Positions 1 to 10,250 are shown, counted from the stretch's first letter. The stretch is DNA of 64,000 nt from Myxococcota bacterium (GCA_965247115.1 CBDFGR010000003.1:2048001-2112000); one strand, 5' to 3'. Notes: generated by a model from the letters alone, not told the origin. A program made the numbers and translations.

Positions 1-876
1 CTTGGCGAGTTTCTGCTGCTCACCGTGTACGACGTGCTCGCGAATCCCTTCGCCTCCAGTGCGGAGGGCAAGATCCTGCCGATCGTGGTGTTCGCGATCA
101 TGCTCGGTATAGCACTCCTCCAGCTCGGGTCTGCGGCGCAGCCGCTGGTGAGCGCGCTCGGGAGCGGATACGCCGCGATCATGCGCATCATCGGGTGGGT
201 CATCCGGCTCGCGCCCATGGGGATCGCTGCGCTGCTCGGGAACCTGATCGCGACGATCGGCTTTCGCGATCTCGTGGAGAACCTGCTCTCGTTCTCGTTG
301 GTGGTGATCTCCGGTACGCTGCTCCATGCCGCCGTGACCCTCCCCCTCGTAGCGCTCTTCGTGGCGAAGGTCCCCCCCATGCGCCTCTTCCGGGGCATTC
401 GCGAGGCCCTGGCCGTTGCCTTTACCACGAGCTCGAGCATCGCGACGCTGCCTGTGACCACGCGCTGCATCGAGACGAACCTCGACGTTCCTCCTCGTGT
501 GGCGAGCTTTGTCCTGCCCCTCGGTGCGACCGTAAACATGGACGGCACCGCACTCTACGAGGCGATGGCGGCCGTGTTCGTCGCAACGATCTACGGCATC
601 GAGCTCTCGCTGGGCTCGCAGCTCGTGATCGTCTTCGTAGCGATGGCCACGGCGATTGGCGCACCAGGAATCCCCTCCGCGGGAATGGTCACCATGGTCG
701 CCGTACTCGAGTCGGTCGGGCTCCCGGTCGAAGCCGTTGGGATCCTGCTCGCGATCGATCGTTTCCTCGACACCTTCCGCACCGTGGCCAACGTGGAGGG
801 CGATGCGGTCGTCGCGATCTGTGTCGCGCACATGCCCGCAGCGGAAGTCCGAGATCCAGGCGCAAGCCCCGCCTGA
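1..876 (+). CDS. Dicarboxylate/amino acid:cation symporter (DAACS family), 5' truncated by window edge
   Basis: Hydrophobic ORF with AFTTSSSIATLP, PLGATVNMDGTALYE and DRFLDTFRTVANVEGD family motifs. Confidence 0.9.
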   Translation, partial: LGEFLLLTVYDVLANPFASSAEGKILPIVVFAIMLGIALLQLGSAAQPLVSALGSGYAAIMRIIGWVIRLAPMGIAALLGNLIATIGFRDLVENLLSFSLVVISGTLLHAAVTLPLVALFVAKVPPMRLFRGIREALAVAFTTSSSIATLPVTTRCIETNLDVPPRVASFVLPLGATVNMDGTALYEAMAAVFVATIYGIELSLGSQLVIVFVAMATAIGAPGIPSAGMVTMVAVLESVGLPVEAVGILLAIDRFLDTFRTVANVEGDAVVAICVAHMPAAEVRDPGASPA

Positions 877-888
877 GCGAGGGCCCGT

Positions 889-2277
889 TTACATGGCGGC
901 TTCGAGTACCAGCGACGGGGAGGCCTGGCGCAGCTCCGCCAGGCGTTGCTCTTTGACCTCGTCGAAGCGGACGCGCTCGTGCTCGGAGATCGGGCCGCCC
1001 TTGGGGAACTTCACCTTGAGTGGATCGACGAACCGACCTCCGATACGGAGGCGATAGTCGAGGTGCGGGGCGGTGGCGAGTCCCGTCGAGCCGACGAAGC
1101 CGATCACCTGCTTCTGGTGCACTCGCTGTCTTTTCTTGAGGGACTTCGCGTAGCGAGAGAGGTGACCGTAGTAGGAGACGTAGCCGTTGTTGTGGCGCAC
1201 CTTGATCAGTCGACCGAAGCCACCGCTGCGGCCCATGAAGGTGACCTCGCCGTCGGCCACGGCCCAGACGGGCGTGCCTACCGGCGCGGCGTAGTCCACG
1301 CCTTCGTGCGGGCGCCGAACCTTGAGGATCGGGTGCAGACGTGACTTCGAGTAGCGCGAGCTGATCCGGGTATAGCTGACCGGAGCGCGCAGGAAGGTGC
1401 GCCGTAGCGAGTTGCCTTCCGGTGTGAAGTAGCCCGCACGACCCTCGCCGTCTTCGAACAGGAGCGCGACGAACTCCCTGGCCGACGCCTGGTACTCTGC
1501 GGCCAGGATCCGTCCGTACTGCACGAATCCCTCTCTGTCATAGAACTTCTCGAACACCAGCCGGAACTCGTCTCCAGGCCTGGTCTCGGTCGAGAAGTCG
1601 ACGTCCCAGACGAACAGATCAGCAAAGCCCTGAACGAGATCGGAGCGCTCGCCGAGGCCGCGCAGCGCCTCCGACAGCGAGCGGTCGATCATTCCGCCGA
1701 GCTGTACCACGCGACGCTCGAGAGGCGCCTCGTTCTTGCTCGCTACGAGTCCTCCCTCACCGGGCTCGACCCGGTAGATGGTGCGTCGGCCGCGATGATA
1801 TTCGAATGAAAGGAGCTGACCCGTTCCACCCTGAATGAGGGAATAGAAGTCGCGGGGCTGCGCACCACGAAAGTCGAAGAGAGGCCGGATCGTGCTCGCG
1901 ATCCCGTAGACCAGCTGCGACGACACCCCGTTCGCGATCAGGGCACCCGACAGGGTCCCCCCCTGGGGCACACGGCCAGTAACAACGTTCAGTGTAGGGA
2001 CCGGCGGGGTGGGCTCGCGCGGCGCGGGCGGCGGGGAGGGAGCAGCCACGTCTGGCAGCGCTGCGGCCGACGCCACCCGAACCCCCACTGCCGCCTCGGC
2101 GACGTTCGGGGAGCTCCGCTCGGGGCTCGTTCCACCCTGAAAGGCGGAGTAGGAGAGGACCGCGCAGAGCGCGAACCAAGCGACTGCGCTCCATGTGCGG
2201 CGTCTGTTCCGGCGGAGGTGCAGCCGAACGGCCCACGCGGGAATCCCGTCGTGAAGCTGCGAGCTCGTCCCCCTCAT
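889..2277 (-). CDS. M23 family peptidoglycan DD-metalloendopeptidase (MepM-like)
   Basis: HEGVDYAAP and PHLDYR zinc motifs, N-terminal TM segment; ATG at 2277 follows GGAG. Confidence 0.85.
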   Translation of the reverse strand: MRGTSSQLHDGIPAWAVRLHLRRNRRRTWSAVAWFALCAVLSYSAFQGGTSPERSSPNVAEAAVGVRVASAAALPDVAAPSPPPAPREPTPPVPTLNVVTGRVPQGGTLSGALIANGVSSQLVYGIASTIRPLFDFRGAQPRDFYSLIQGGTGQLLSFEYHRGRRTIYRVEPGEGGLVASKNEAPLERRVVQLGGMIDRSLSEALRGLGERSDLVQGFADLFVWDVDFSTETRPGDEFRLVFEKFYDREGFVQYGRILAAEYQASAREFVALLFEDGEGRAGYFTPEGNSLRRTFLRAPVSYTRISSRYSKSRLHPILKVRRPHEGVDYAAPVGTPVWAVADGEVTFMGRSGGFGRLIKVRHNNGYVSYYGHLSRYAKSLKKRQRVHQKQVIGFVGSTGLATAPHLDYRLRIGGRFVDPLKVKFPKGGPISEHERVRFDEVKEQRLAELRQASPSLVLEAAM

Positions 2278-2337
2278 CCTCTCTCCTCGCATCCAAAGCC
2301 ACAAGTGCAGCCGGGTGGCGACTATCAATGACCTATA

Positions 2338-3756
2338 GTGAAATTCGTGGCAAGCCCAATTCTGGCAGGCGCGGCCCGGGTCGAGATCACGCCGCGGCCC
2401 GGAGTGGAGCTCATGGGGTACGGAGCCCGGCGCGGAGGGGCTGCAGCCGTGCACGATCCGCTCTTTGCACGGGCCCTCTGCCTGGCCCCGGATTCACCGA
2501 AAACTGCTGGGATTGCGCTGGTTTCGGCCGATCTTTGCCTGTTGGATCCGCGCCAGGCCGAATCCGTGCGCGAGCGCATCTCGGCCGGCTCGGGCCTGCC
2601 TCGGGAGCGGATTCTCGTCCAGTGCACGCACACCCACTCCGGTCCCGAGACAGGGCTGCAGGCGCTGAACACGAGCCGACCGCTGCCTGCCCACGTGGCT
2701 GGCATCCTGGACGGCCTCGGCAGAGCGGGACTGCAGGCCTGCGCCGCGCTGGCCCCCGCGAGCCTGCGCTGGTGCAGCTCTGAGGTACGGATTGGGCGGA
2801 ATCGAAGCCTGGAAGACGGGGCACTCGACCCGGCCCTTCACGTGCTGGACGTACGGACGGCAGCTCGAGACCCACTGGCCACGCTCTACCACTACGCGTG
2901 TCACCCAACGGTGCTGGGGCACGACAACCTCGAGATCTCGGCGGATTGGCCCGGTGTCGCGAGCGCGAGGCTAGAGCGCGAGACGGGAGCGGTTGCGCTG
3001 TTCATGCTGGGCGCCCACGCCGACATTGATCCGCGGACGCGTGGGCTGAAGGATATCTGCATTCCGGGCCAGAGCGTGGGACTCGGGTTCGATGCCGTGC
3101 GCGTGCTCGGAGAAGAGGTCGCAGGCGCCGCGCTCGAGGCGCTCGAGCAGGACGGTGGCGCTGCGCGTGAGGCCTTTCTCGGAGCTGCGAGCTGCCGGGT
3201 TCCCCTGCCCCTTCACTTGGGTGATCGCAGCGCCGACGCGACGCGCATCGAGCTCGAGCGCCGCAAGCGCCAGCTCGCCGATCTGCTGGGCGTGACTCCA
3301 CAAGAGCTCCCCCGACTCTCGGAGCTCGACCATCACGTGTCCAAGCGCGTTCGAGACCTGCCAGTCGCCGAGGCACGCGAGCAGATCGCGCGGGCTCGCC
3401 TTTACGTTCGCGACAAGACGGCGCCCTTCTTCGCCTCCGGCCAACGCGAGATCAAGGTCGAGGTCCAGGTCCTCCGCGTTGGCTCAACGGCCATCCTCGC
3501 CCTGCCAGTCGAGCCGACGACAGAGGTCGGGCTCGACTGGCGCCGCCGCACCAGTGGAAAGGCGATCGGTAAGGTCGCGGGCATCGCGAACGGCTGGCTG
3601 CGCTACCTGCCGCACCCGACAGACCTGGGCCACCCGCGGGCTCACCAACGCTACGAAGTGCTCTCGAGCATCCTCGCCCCCGGCGCATGCGAAGCCCTCC
3701 TCGACGCCGGCGAGCAGCTCCTCACACAAATCGACACCGCCCCCAAACCGCACTAG
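2338..3756 (+). CDS. Neutral/alkaline ceramidase-like N-terminal domain protein
   Basis: HDPLFARAL, CTHTHSGP, YACHPTVL and ISADWPG motifs. Confidence 0.75.
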   Translation: MKFVASPILAGAARVEITPRPGVELMGYGARRGGAAAVHDPLFARALCLAPDSPKTAGIALVSADLCLLDPRQAESVRERISAGSGLPRERILVQCTHTHSGPETGLQALNTSRPLPAHVAGILDGLGRAGLQACAALAPASLRWCSSEVRIGRNRSLEDGALDPALHVLDVRTAARDPLATLYHYACHPTVLGHDNLEISADWPGVASARLERETGAVALFMLGAHADIDPRTRGLKDICIPGQSVGLGFDAVRVLGEEVAGAALEALEQDGGAAREAFLGAASCRVPLPLHLGDRSADATRIELERRKRQLADLLGVTPQELPRLSELDHHVSKRVRDLPVAEAREQIARARLYVRDKTAPFFASGQREIKVEVQVLRVGSTAILALPVEPTTEVGLDWRRRTSGKAIGKVAGIANGWLRYLPHPTDLGHPRAHQRYEVLSSILAPGACEALLDAGEQLLTQIDTAPKPH

Positions 3757-3770
3757 CAGCCGAGCCCGCT

Positions 3771-5081
3771 TCAGCGACCAGAAGTTCCGACCAGCTCTTG
3801 AATCGCCTGGTGGATGAAGTCGAAGAGGGGCTCGATCTGATCCTCGTCCAGGCAGGAGAACGCGACTCGGATGTCGCTCTCGCCCAGCGAGATCAGGCCG
3901 ATGCCGTATTTGTCCAGCAGGTGCAGGCGCAGGCGCTCCGAATCCACACCCTTTGCCCGCAGGCACATGAAGTAGCCCGCGTTGAAGGGGTAGACCTGCC
4001 AGCTGTCGGCGTAGACGTCGCGCGAGACGACCTCGGCGACTTTCGCCGCTCGGGCCTTCAGGATCTCGAGCTTCTCTGCCCTCTGTGCGGGGGTTGTCGG
4101 GTCCTCGAGTGCAGCGAGCACCAGACTCTGGGAGAGATGAGAGCAGTTCGAAATGCCGCCACGGATCGCGCCCATGGTCTTTCGCTCCAGCGCGCCCAGA
4201 ATCAGCTCAGGCTCGGCACAGGGTGGCGGCGCGAAGGTCAGGAAGCCGCAGCGGAGACCCCAGACGAACAGCTCCTTCGTCGCGCCATCCAGCTTTATCG
4301 ACAGCACATTTCGGTGTACGTTCGCGAGCAGGCCGAAGGGCGACTCGTCGAGGGCCAGCTCGGAGAAGACGAGCCCGTAATAGGCGTCGTCGAAGATCAC
4401 GACGAGCTTCTTGCCCGCCTCCGCAGCGTCGACCACGGCGGCACAAATTCCCTCGACCTCGGTGCGAGTAGGCATGTAGCCCGTTGGGTTGTTCGGGAAG
4501 TTCAGCAGCAGCAGGGTCTTCTCGGGCCCGGCGCGCAACGCCTCGGCGAGCCCCCCCACGTTGAAGCCGCTCCCCGCGTACGTGGGGAAGGTCTCCACGC
4601 ACGCACCGAGCCTGACCTCGTAGGTAAGTCGATAGTTCCCCCAGAGCTTGTCTGACAGCAGGATGCGGTCCCCCTCGTCGACGAACAGGTCGCCTACCAG
4701 GCTCAGGCCATGGGTGATGGCGCTCGTCACGATGGGAAGTCCGAGAACGCTGCTCCGGAGCAGGGGATTCTCGCGCAGCAGCTTCTCCCGCCAGGCTCTG
4801 CGAAGCTCGGGTTTGCCCGCTACAGGCGCGTAGCGAACGGCGTCAGCCGCGTCGATCTGATGCAGGTGCGAGAGGATCGAGTCCAGCGCCATCGGCTCGT
4901 CCCCCTCGGTGGCCTCGCCGATCGTGGCGTTGTACAGGTGCGCCTTCTCGTTCGCCTCGGCCGTCTGCGAGAGGATGCCCCGCGGAAAGTAGAGCTCCTT
5001 CCCACGCCGAGACAGAAGTGCGTACGTCTCGGGACTCTGCGACTGAATCTGCTCGTTCAGCTCGGTCGCCAGGGGGTTCAT
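3771..5081 (-). CDS. Class I/II PLP-dependent aminotransferase
   Basis: NFPNNPTG, DDAY and DGATKE...GLRCG motifs. Confidence 0.85.
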   Translation of the reverse strand: MNPLATELNEQIQSQSPETYALLSRRGKELYFPRGILSQTAEANEKAHLYNATIGEATEGDEPMALDSILSHLHQIDAADAVRYAPVAGKPELRRAWREKLLRENPLLRSSVLGLPIVTSAITHGLSLVGDLFVDEGDRILLSDKLWGNYRLTYEVRLGACVETFPTYAGSGFNVGGLAEALRAGPEKTLLLLNFPNNPTGYMPTRTEVEGICAAVVDAAEAGKKLVVIFDDAYYGLVFSELALDESPFGLLANVHRNVLSIKLDGATKELFVWGLRCGFLTFAPPPCAEPELILGALERKTMGAIRGGISNCSHLSQSLVLAALEDPTTPAQRAEKLEILKARAAKVAEVVSRDVYADSWQVYPFNAGYFMCLRAKGVDSERLRLHLLDKYGIGLISLGESDIRVAFSCLDEDQIEPLFDFIHQAIQELVGTSGR

Positions 5082-5146
5082 GGCAGGCGCAAAAGTAGCG
5101 TTACCTGCCGGTCTCGCACGCCGTCGGAGGGCGGGGTTTGGGGGAG

Positions 5147-5623
5147 CTAGATCTTTTCCAGTATGCGGGCGCGGTCGATGAAGTTGCGGCGCTGCCAGAA
5201 GCGTAGACCGTCCTCGTTGCCGCTCTCCACGCGGACGGCAATTCGTCCGCCGCCACGCCTCTCGAGGAACTTCTCTGCAGCCTCGACCAGAGCGGAGCCC
5301 ACGCCGCTATCGCGCTCCTCAGGCACGACGTAGAGCTCGTGGATCCAGGACGAGCCCGGACCGCTCGCTTCGCGGGTCTCCACGCGCTCGACCTCCGCGA
5401 AGGCGAATCCCACGAGGGCGTCGTCGAGCTCAGCAACGAGCAGGCGGCAAAGCCCCCCGAGCAGGCCCCTCTTGACCTCCTCGCCCAGCGCCTCGCGAAT
5501 TCCAGGCACGACCGGATACAGCGGGTCGAGTGCGCGGTGGTAATCGATGAGCGCCAGCCAGAGATCGAGGATCGCCTCTCGATCGCGCGGCCTGGCGGGA
5601 CGTATTGCGAGCGGGGCCGCCAT
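5147..5623 (-). CDS. GNAT family N-acetyltransferase
   Basis: LYVVPEERDSGVGSALV acetyl-CoA motif A and N..G..FW motif. Confidence 0.85.
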   Translation of the reverse strand: MAAPLAIRPARPRDREAILDLWLALIDYHRALDPLYPVVPGIREALGEEVKRGLLGGLCRLLVAELDDALVGFAFAEVERVETREASGPGSSWIHELYVVPEERDSGVGSALVEAAEKFLERRGGGRIAVRVESGNEDGLRFWQRRNFIDRARILEKI

Positions 5624-5644
5624 CAGAGCGAGTATATCGAGGAA

Positions 5645-6649
5645 CTACCCAACCCCTGGCCCAAGGACACGCGAGAGCTCGTCGCGCTCATAGCGCTCGA
5701 GCACTTCGCCGTCGGAAAAGACGACGCCGGCGCCTTCCCGCGCCGTAGCAATCGCGCGGACGCTGTAGCCCTCCGCCAGAAGAGCACGGCTGGCGGGCTC
5801 GGCGTCCAGCGTCGAGAACGCGGCCAGCAATGTGCCGGAGGCCAGGGTCCCCCAGGGGTCCGCCCCGAGCGCAGCGCAGAGCGCGGTGCCGGGCTCGAAC
5901 CACAACACGCCGTCCGGAGAGAGCACGAGCTTCACGCCGGACGCCTCTGCGAGCTCGTGCAGCCCCGCGGAGAGTCCACCCTCGGTGGGATCGTGCAGGG
6001 CTGTGGCACCGAGGGCCGCCGCGCGCAGAGCCGGCTTCACCACGAGGATGCCGGGCTCTCGGAGCGCGTTCCGGGCTCGCTCGAGGAGCTCGCCGTCCAC
6101 GCTCCCCAGGCGATCCGCGGCCTCCGCTACCAGTACCGCTGCGCCCTCGACAGGCGCCTCGCCGATCTGGAGCACCACGTCTCCCGTGCGCGCCCCGGAC
6201 GTGCAAACGAAGGCGCCGCGCTCGCAGAGGCCCAGCATCTGCCCGACCACGACGGGCTGCGTGACGGCCGCCGTGACCTCCGTGTGCCCACCCACGAGTT
6301 CAGCACCCAGGTCGGCGAGGGCGTCCCGGATCCCGTCGAAGACCACCCGCACGTCTGCGTCTTCGCTGCCGATCGGCAGCAGGATCGTCGCCAGAAACCA
6401 GCGCGGCCGCGCGCCCATCACCGCGACGTCGTTCGCGTTGATGTTCACCGCGTACGCACCCACCTCGCCTCCGGTGAGCGTGATGGGATCGGTGGCCGCG
6501 ATCAGTACACCCTCCGGCACTTCGATCGCGCACGCGTCCTCTCCCGGAGCCGGACCGACCAGCACCTCGCTCGAGGCCGCGGGCCCCGACGACAGCAGCT
6601 CGCGCATGAGCGCGGCAGGAAGCTTGCCCGCCTGGAGAGTCACAGGCAC
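5645..6649 (-). CDS. AIR synthase/HypE/ThiL-related protein
   Basis: GEDAC, NANDVAVMGARP, GGHTEVT and HDPTEGGL motifs. Confidence 0.8.
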   Translation of the reverse strand: MPVTLQAGKLPAALMRELLSSGPAASSEVLVGPAPGEDACAIEVPEGVLIAATDPITLTGGEVGAYAVNINANDVAVMGARPRWFLATILLPIGSEDADVRVVFDGIRDALADLGAELVGGHTEVTAAVTQPVVVGQMLGLCERGAFVCTSGARTGDVVLQIGEAPVEGAAVLVAEAADRLGSVDGELLERARNALREPGILVVKPALRAAALGATALHDPTEGGLSAGLHELAEASGVKLVLSPDGVLWFEPGTALCAALGADPWGTLASGTLLAAFSTLDAEPASRALLAEGYSVRAIATAREGAGVVFSDGEVLERYERDELSRVLGPGVG

Positions 6650-6691
6650 AGAGGTACCTCCGCGGATCTGCGAATGCCACGGCCTGTTACA

Positions 6692-6708
6692 CTGGCGAGA
6701 GATTTGCT
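6692..6708 (+). promoter_or_regulatory. Putative sigma-54 (-24/-12) promoter
   Basis: CTGGCGAGAGATTTGCT fits YTGGC-N-TTGCW with GG-N10-GC spacing, about 54 nt upstream of ATG 6762. Confidence 0.55.
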
Positions 6709-6761
6709 TCTACCGGGACCGCCCCGCGCGCGTCGCGGACCCGAGCCGAAGGCCACCGGAA

Positions 6762-8627
6762 ATGGCGACGATCTGGATCCTCTCTAACGAACGTTCCCTG
6801 CCCGAGACGCTGGCGCATCACCTGAGTGCGCTCGGCAGCGTGCACACGGGTCGGCCCGATCGCGCGAGCTGGAAGAACACGGAGAGCCCAGACCTGATCA
6901 CGCTGATCGGTGCGGAACCACCCGAGGACCTGGCCGACCTCGAGGCCTGTCTGGACTTCCTGCACTCGATTCCCCTGGCGCGCCGCGCAGCGGCACCGGT
7001 GATCTACGTCCAGCCGTCAAGCGGCAGGCCGACGCTCCCGCTGCTGCACCAGCTGATCGACGACCGACCCCTGCGGGTGCTGGGCTGGCCGCTCGAGCCC
7101 GATGATCTGGTCGACGTTGCGGCCTCATTGCTCGATCAACCCCATCGCCCGAGCTCCCTCCGCGAGCGCGCACGGCGCGCCTGGGTAGCGCGCCGCACCG
7201 AGCTCTTCTACGCCCAGATCGACCTGGTGGAGCTGCGCCATGCGGTCGACCCCCGGAACGCGCGGCGCCCGGTGCTGCTCGTCGGAGAGCCGGGCAGCGG
7301 CCGCGGCATCCTGGCGCACTACATCCACCAGCTCGCGGAGCCCGTGCGGGACGAGCTGATCGTGGTGCCAGCCTCCTCGTTCGCAGCGGACAGCGAGCAA
7401 CGCTTGCTGGACCAGACCCGAGGCCGCCGCGTGAGCATCTATCTGGAAGGCATCGATCGAGTCCGGCGCGAGGTCCAGGACCGGCTGCTGCAGCTGCTCG
7501 GCTCCAGTGGAGCGCTCGGTCTCGAGTCCATTCGCTGGATCGCCAGCGTCAGCCGAGCGCGCGCCCTGATTGCACCCATGCGACAGCTGCCCTGGATTCG
7601 CGTCCCGCTTCCTGCCCTGCGCGAGCGAGACGACCTGGACAGCCTGGCGTACGGCCTCACCGCTCTCTGGTCGGAGGGTGCCGGACGCCCTGTGGAGCTC
7701 GACCGCAGCGCGCTCGACGCGCTCGCTGACTACGCGTGGCCCGGCAACCTGCGGGAGCTGGAGGCCGTGCTCGACGCGACGTTGGCCAAGGCGGCGGGTC
7801 CTCTGGTGGGAGCGGAGGACGTGAGCATCGGCCTCGGCAGAGCTCCAAACGCGACCGCGACTCCGCAGACCCGGACCGAGCCCGCAGCCGCGCCTGTCTT
7901 CACGCCCGAGCCCCCGGCGGCTGCGGCAGAGTCCCCGGCGGCTGCGGCAGAGTCGCCCGCAGCGCCGGAAGCTCCGAGCTCTGAGCCCGCGCTCGGCCAC
8001 GTGATCCCCCCGCTTGCTCAGGAGATCCGGGAGCCGATGCTGGCCATCCGGACCTACGCGAACCTGCTGGAGCAGCGGCCGGACGACACGTCGGTCCGCC
8101 GCGAGTTCTCGAAGCTGGTCGAACGCGACCTGGGACAGCTCGAGGAGACGATCAATCGGCTCGAGCGCTTTGCCGGGCTCAAGGATGAGGGGACCCGAAG
8201 CTTCGGCCTCGCGGCCCTGATCGGAGCGGAGCTCGAACGCCGTGCCGACAAGCTTCGCGCCCGTTCGATCGTGCTGCAGCGAGAGCTCGACTACGCGGCG
8301 CCGGCCGCGCTCGCGGACGAGGAGCGGGTCCGCTTTGCGATCGGCATGCTGCTCGACCGGGCGCTGCGCATGCTGCCGAGCTCGGGCGAGCTCTACGTCG
8401 GGAGCCTCCATCACGCGGAGAGCGCGGAGCGTTCCGCGCATCACCGCGTGCTGATCCGTTTCCAGAGTCCGGAGGAAGTGCTCATCGCGCCCGAAGACGG
8501 ACCGGGGCCCTCACAACCACTCGAGGTGGTGCTCGCCCGCGCGCTGATCGAGGGTGTGGGCGGGAGCTTTGCCGTCGACGTCTCCGGCGTACAGGACAAC
8601 CTCGTCCTGATCGAGCTGCCCGGCTGA
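6762..8627 (+). CDS. Degenerate sigma-54-activator AAA domain fused to a degenerate histidine-kinase-like C-terminus
   Basis: PVLLVGEPGSGRG and YAWPGNLREL motifs, then an LAQEIREPM HisKA-like helix; start taken at ATG 6762 because the upstream part of the track ORF is antisense to the previous gene. Confidence 0.65.
   Translation: MATIWILSNERSLPETLAHHLSALGSVHTGRPDRASWKNTESPDLITLIGAEPPEDLADLEACLDFLHSIPLARRAAAPVIYVQPSSGRPTLPLLHQLIDDRPLRVLGWPLEPDDLVDVAASLLDQPHRPSSLRERARRAWVARRTELFYAQIDLVELRHAVDPRNARRPVLLVGEPGSGRGILAHYIHQLAEPVRDELIVVPASSFAADSEQRLLDQTRGRRVSIYLEGIDRVRREVQDRLLQLLGSSGALGLESIRWIASVSRARALIAPMRQLPWIRVPLPALRERDDLDSLAYGLTALWSEGAGRPVELDRSALDALADYAWPGNLRELEAVLDATLAKAAGPLVGAEDVSIGLGRAPNATATPQTRTEPAAAPVFTPEPPAAAAESPAAAAESPAAPEAPSSEPALGHVIPPLAQEIREPMLAIRTYANLLEQRPDDTSVRREFSKLVERDLGQLEETINRLERFAGLKDEGTRSFGLAALIGAELERRADKLRARSIVLQRELDYAAPAALADEERVRFAIGMLLDRALRMLPSSGELYVGSLHHAESAERSAHHRVLIRFQSPEEVLIAPEDGPGPSQPLEVVLARALIEGVGGSFAVDVSGVQDNLVLIELPG
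7912..7953 (+). repeat. Two 21-bp tandem units encoding a PAAAAES linker
   Basis: ccccggcggctgcggcagagt present twice in tandem. Confidence 0.9.
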
Positions 8628-8659
8628 CGAGGCGCGCGCGCTGCGCTAGCGTCGCTGGG

Positions 8660-9187
8660 TTGACCCTGTCGAAGCTCCAGAGGAAGCTCGTCTCTGTCGT
8701 TTCGGGCGCAGAAGTGGACGGCGCAGGCTTGATCATCCGTTTCAGCCCCACGAGCGGCAAGCCTCACGAGATCTTGGATCGGATCCCGCTGGCACCTCAA
8801 GGTGAGATGCCCGCGGTGTACGGCGTCGGGCGGGTCGTTCGTATCCTGCGCGCCGCACGCGTCCCGGTCCCCTCCGACCCCTACCGCTACATGGCAGACC
8901 CCGAGCGGGCCGCTGCGCTGTTGCGCCGCTGCAACGGCGTCGTCGTGTACCTGCACGTCGCGCGACGCATGGAGAGGGTGCTGACACTGTGGACCGAGGA
9001 GGGTGTCGAGCGGATTCGCGGGGTGCTGGACTTCGTCGAGGACAAAGAGGGCCTGTCGGTGCGGCGACGGAACGGCGAATCCGTCCTGGTCTTCTCGCGC
9101 AAGAAGCTGATTCGCTACGAAACCAGCTCGCAGGAGTCCTTCGAGGTCGTCTCGGTAGAGGTGCCTCCCCGCGTGACCTTGCAGTAA
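8660..9187 (+). CDS. Hypothetical protein
   Basis: 175-aa ORF with GC-typical codon use filling the gap in a + strand gene run. Confidence 0.6.
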   Translation: MTLSKLQRKLVSVVSGAEVDGAGLIIRFSPTSGKPHEILDRIPLAPQGEMPAVYGVGRVVRILRAARVPVPSDPYRYMADPERAAALLRRCNGVVVYLHVARRMERVLTLWTEEGVERIRGVLDFVEDKEGLSVRRRNGESVLVFSRKKLIRYETSSQESFEVVSVEVPPRVTLQ

Positions 9188-9220
9188 CTGACGCGCTACC
9201 TTCCCGAGAGGAGGCGAGCC

Positions 9221-9505
9221 TTGTTCGGCATCGGAATGCCTGAGCTCCTGGTGATTCTGGTCGTGGCGCTATTGGTGCTGGGCCCGAAGCGCTTGCCCGA
9301 AATGGCACGGTCCTTGGGACGCGGCATGGCGGAGTTCCGCCGTGCCTCTACGGAGCTGCGCAACACCCTCTACGCTCCCCTGGAGGAAGTCAAAAAACCC
9401 CTGGAAGAAGACAAGAAGGAGGAGTCGAAGCCCGTTTCAAAAGAGCCCGACCCCAAGCCCGACGCAGCTCGGGATGACGAGGCGAAGCCGAAGACCGATG
9501 GATGA
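9221..9505 (+). CDS. Twin-arginine translocase TatA/TatB subunit
   Basis: [27 protein letters not shown] motif; GGAGG RBS; overlaps tatC. Confidence 0.9.
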   Translation: MFGIGMPELLVILVVALLVLGPKRLPEMARSLGRGMAEFRRASTELRNTLYAPLEEVKKPLEEDKKEESKPVSKEPDPKPDAARDDEAKPKTDG

Positions 9506-10247
9506 TTCGCCGCGTCCGCTGATCGACCATCTCAGCGAGCTGCGTCACAGGTTGTTCTGGGCGCTCGGAACCTGGCTCCTGTTCGCCGTGGTGGCGGGCT
9601 ACTGGGCGCGCGACGTCTTCAAGATCTTGATGCTACCGGCCGTGGCGGCAGTAGAGGGGAAAGGGCACAAGCTGGTGGTCATTGCGCCCCCCGAGCTCTT
9701 CTTCACCTACGTCAAGAGTGCAATCCTCGCCGGCTTCGTCGTCTCACTCCCCGTCTCTCTGTACCAGGCCTGGTCGTTCGTGTCGCCGGGCCTCTACGCA
9801 AAAGAGCGGCGCTTCGCGCTGCCCTTCGTCCTGTCGACCTCGGTCCTGTTCGTAGTGGGCTGCTCGTTTGGCTACTTCCTCGCCTTTCCGACGATCTTCG
9901 ACTGGTTCCTGTCACTCGAGGCAGAGTACGTCACCACGTCGTGGACGACCCAGGCCGTCTTCTCGTTCGTTTCCCGCCTCTACATCGTCTTCGGCCTGGC
10001 CTTCGAGCTGCCGATCGTGATCGTCTTCCTGGCACTGGCCGGCATCGTGACTCCGGAGGCGCTCGCTCGCGGTCGCAGGTACGCCGTCCTGTGCATGTTC
10101 GTCGCTGCTGCTGTCCTGACGCCGGCGGACCCCGCCAGCCAGATCATGCTGGCGGTCCCGCTCATGCTCCTCTACGAATCCGGCATCTGGACCGCGCGAC
10201 TGCTCGTGCGGCGGCGCGAGCGCGTGGCTTCGGCGGAGGCCAGCTGA
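9498..10247 (+). CDS. tatC: Twin-arginine translocase subunit TatC
   Basis: [26 protein letters not shown] and LLYE motifs; ATG at 9498. Confidence 0.93.
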   Translation: MDDSPRPLIDHLSELRHRLFWALGTWLLFAVVAGYWARDVFKILMLPAVAAVEGKGHKLVVIAPPELFFTYVKSAILAGFVVSLPVSLYQAWSFVSPGLYAKERRFALPFVLSTSVLFVVGCSFGYFLAFPTIFDWFLSLEAEYVTTSWTTQAVFSFVSRLYIVFGLAFELPIVIVFLALAGIVTPEALARGRRYAVLCMFVAAAVLTPADPASQIMLAVPLMLLYESGIWTARLLVRRRERVASAEAS

Positions 10248-10250
10248 CTC

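Noticed and set aside
5101..5146. Fragments resembling family B ends (cctgccgg, ccgtcggagg)
   Set aside because: Matches are only 8-10 nt, GC-rich and form no hairpin, so they are indistinguishable from chance
5832..6761. N-terminal 310 aa of the 931-aa ORF
   Set aside because: Mostly antisense to the AIR-synthase-like gene and S/A/P/R-rich; the real start is more likely ATG 6762
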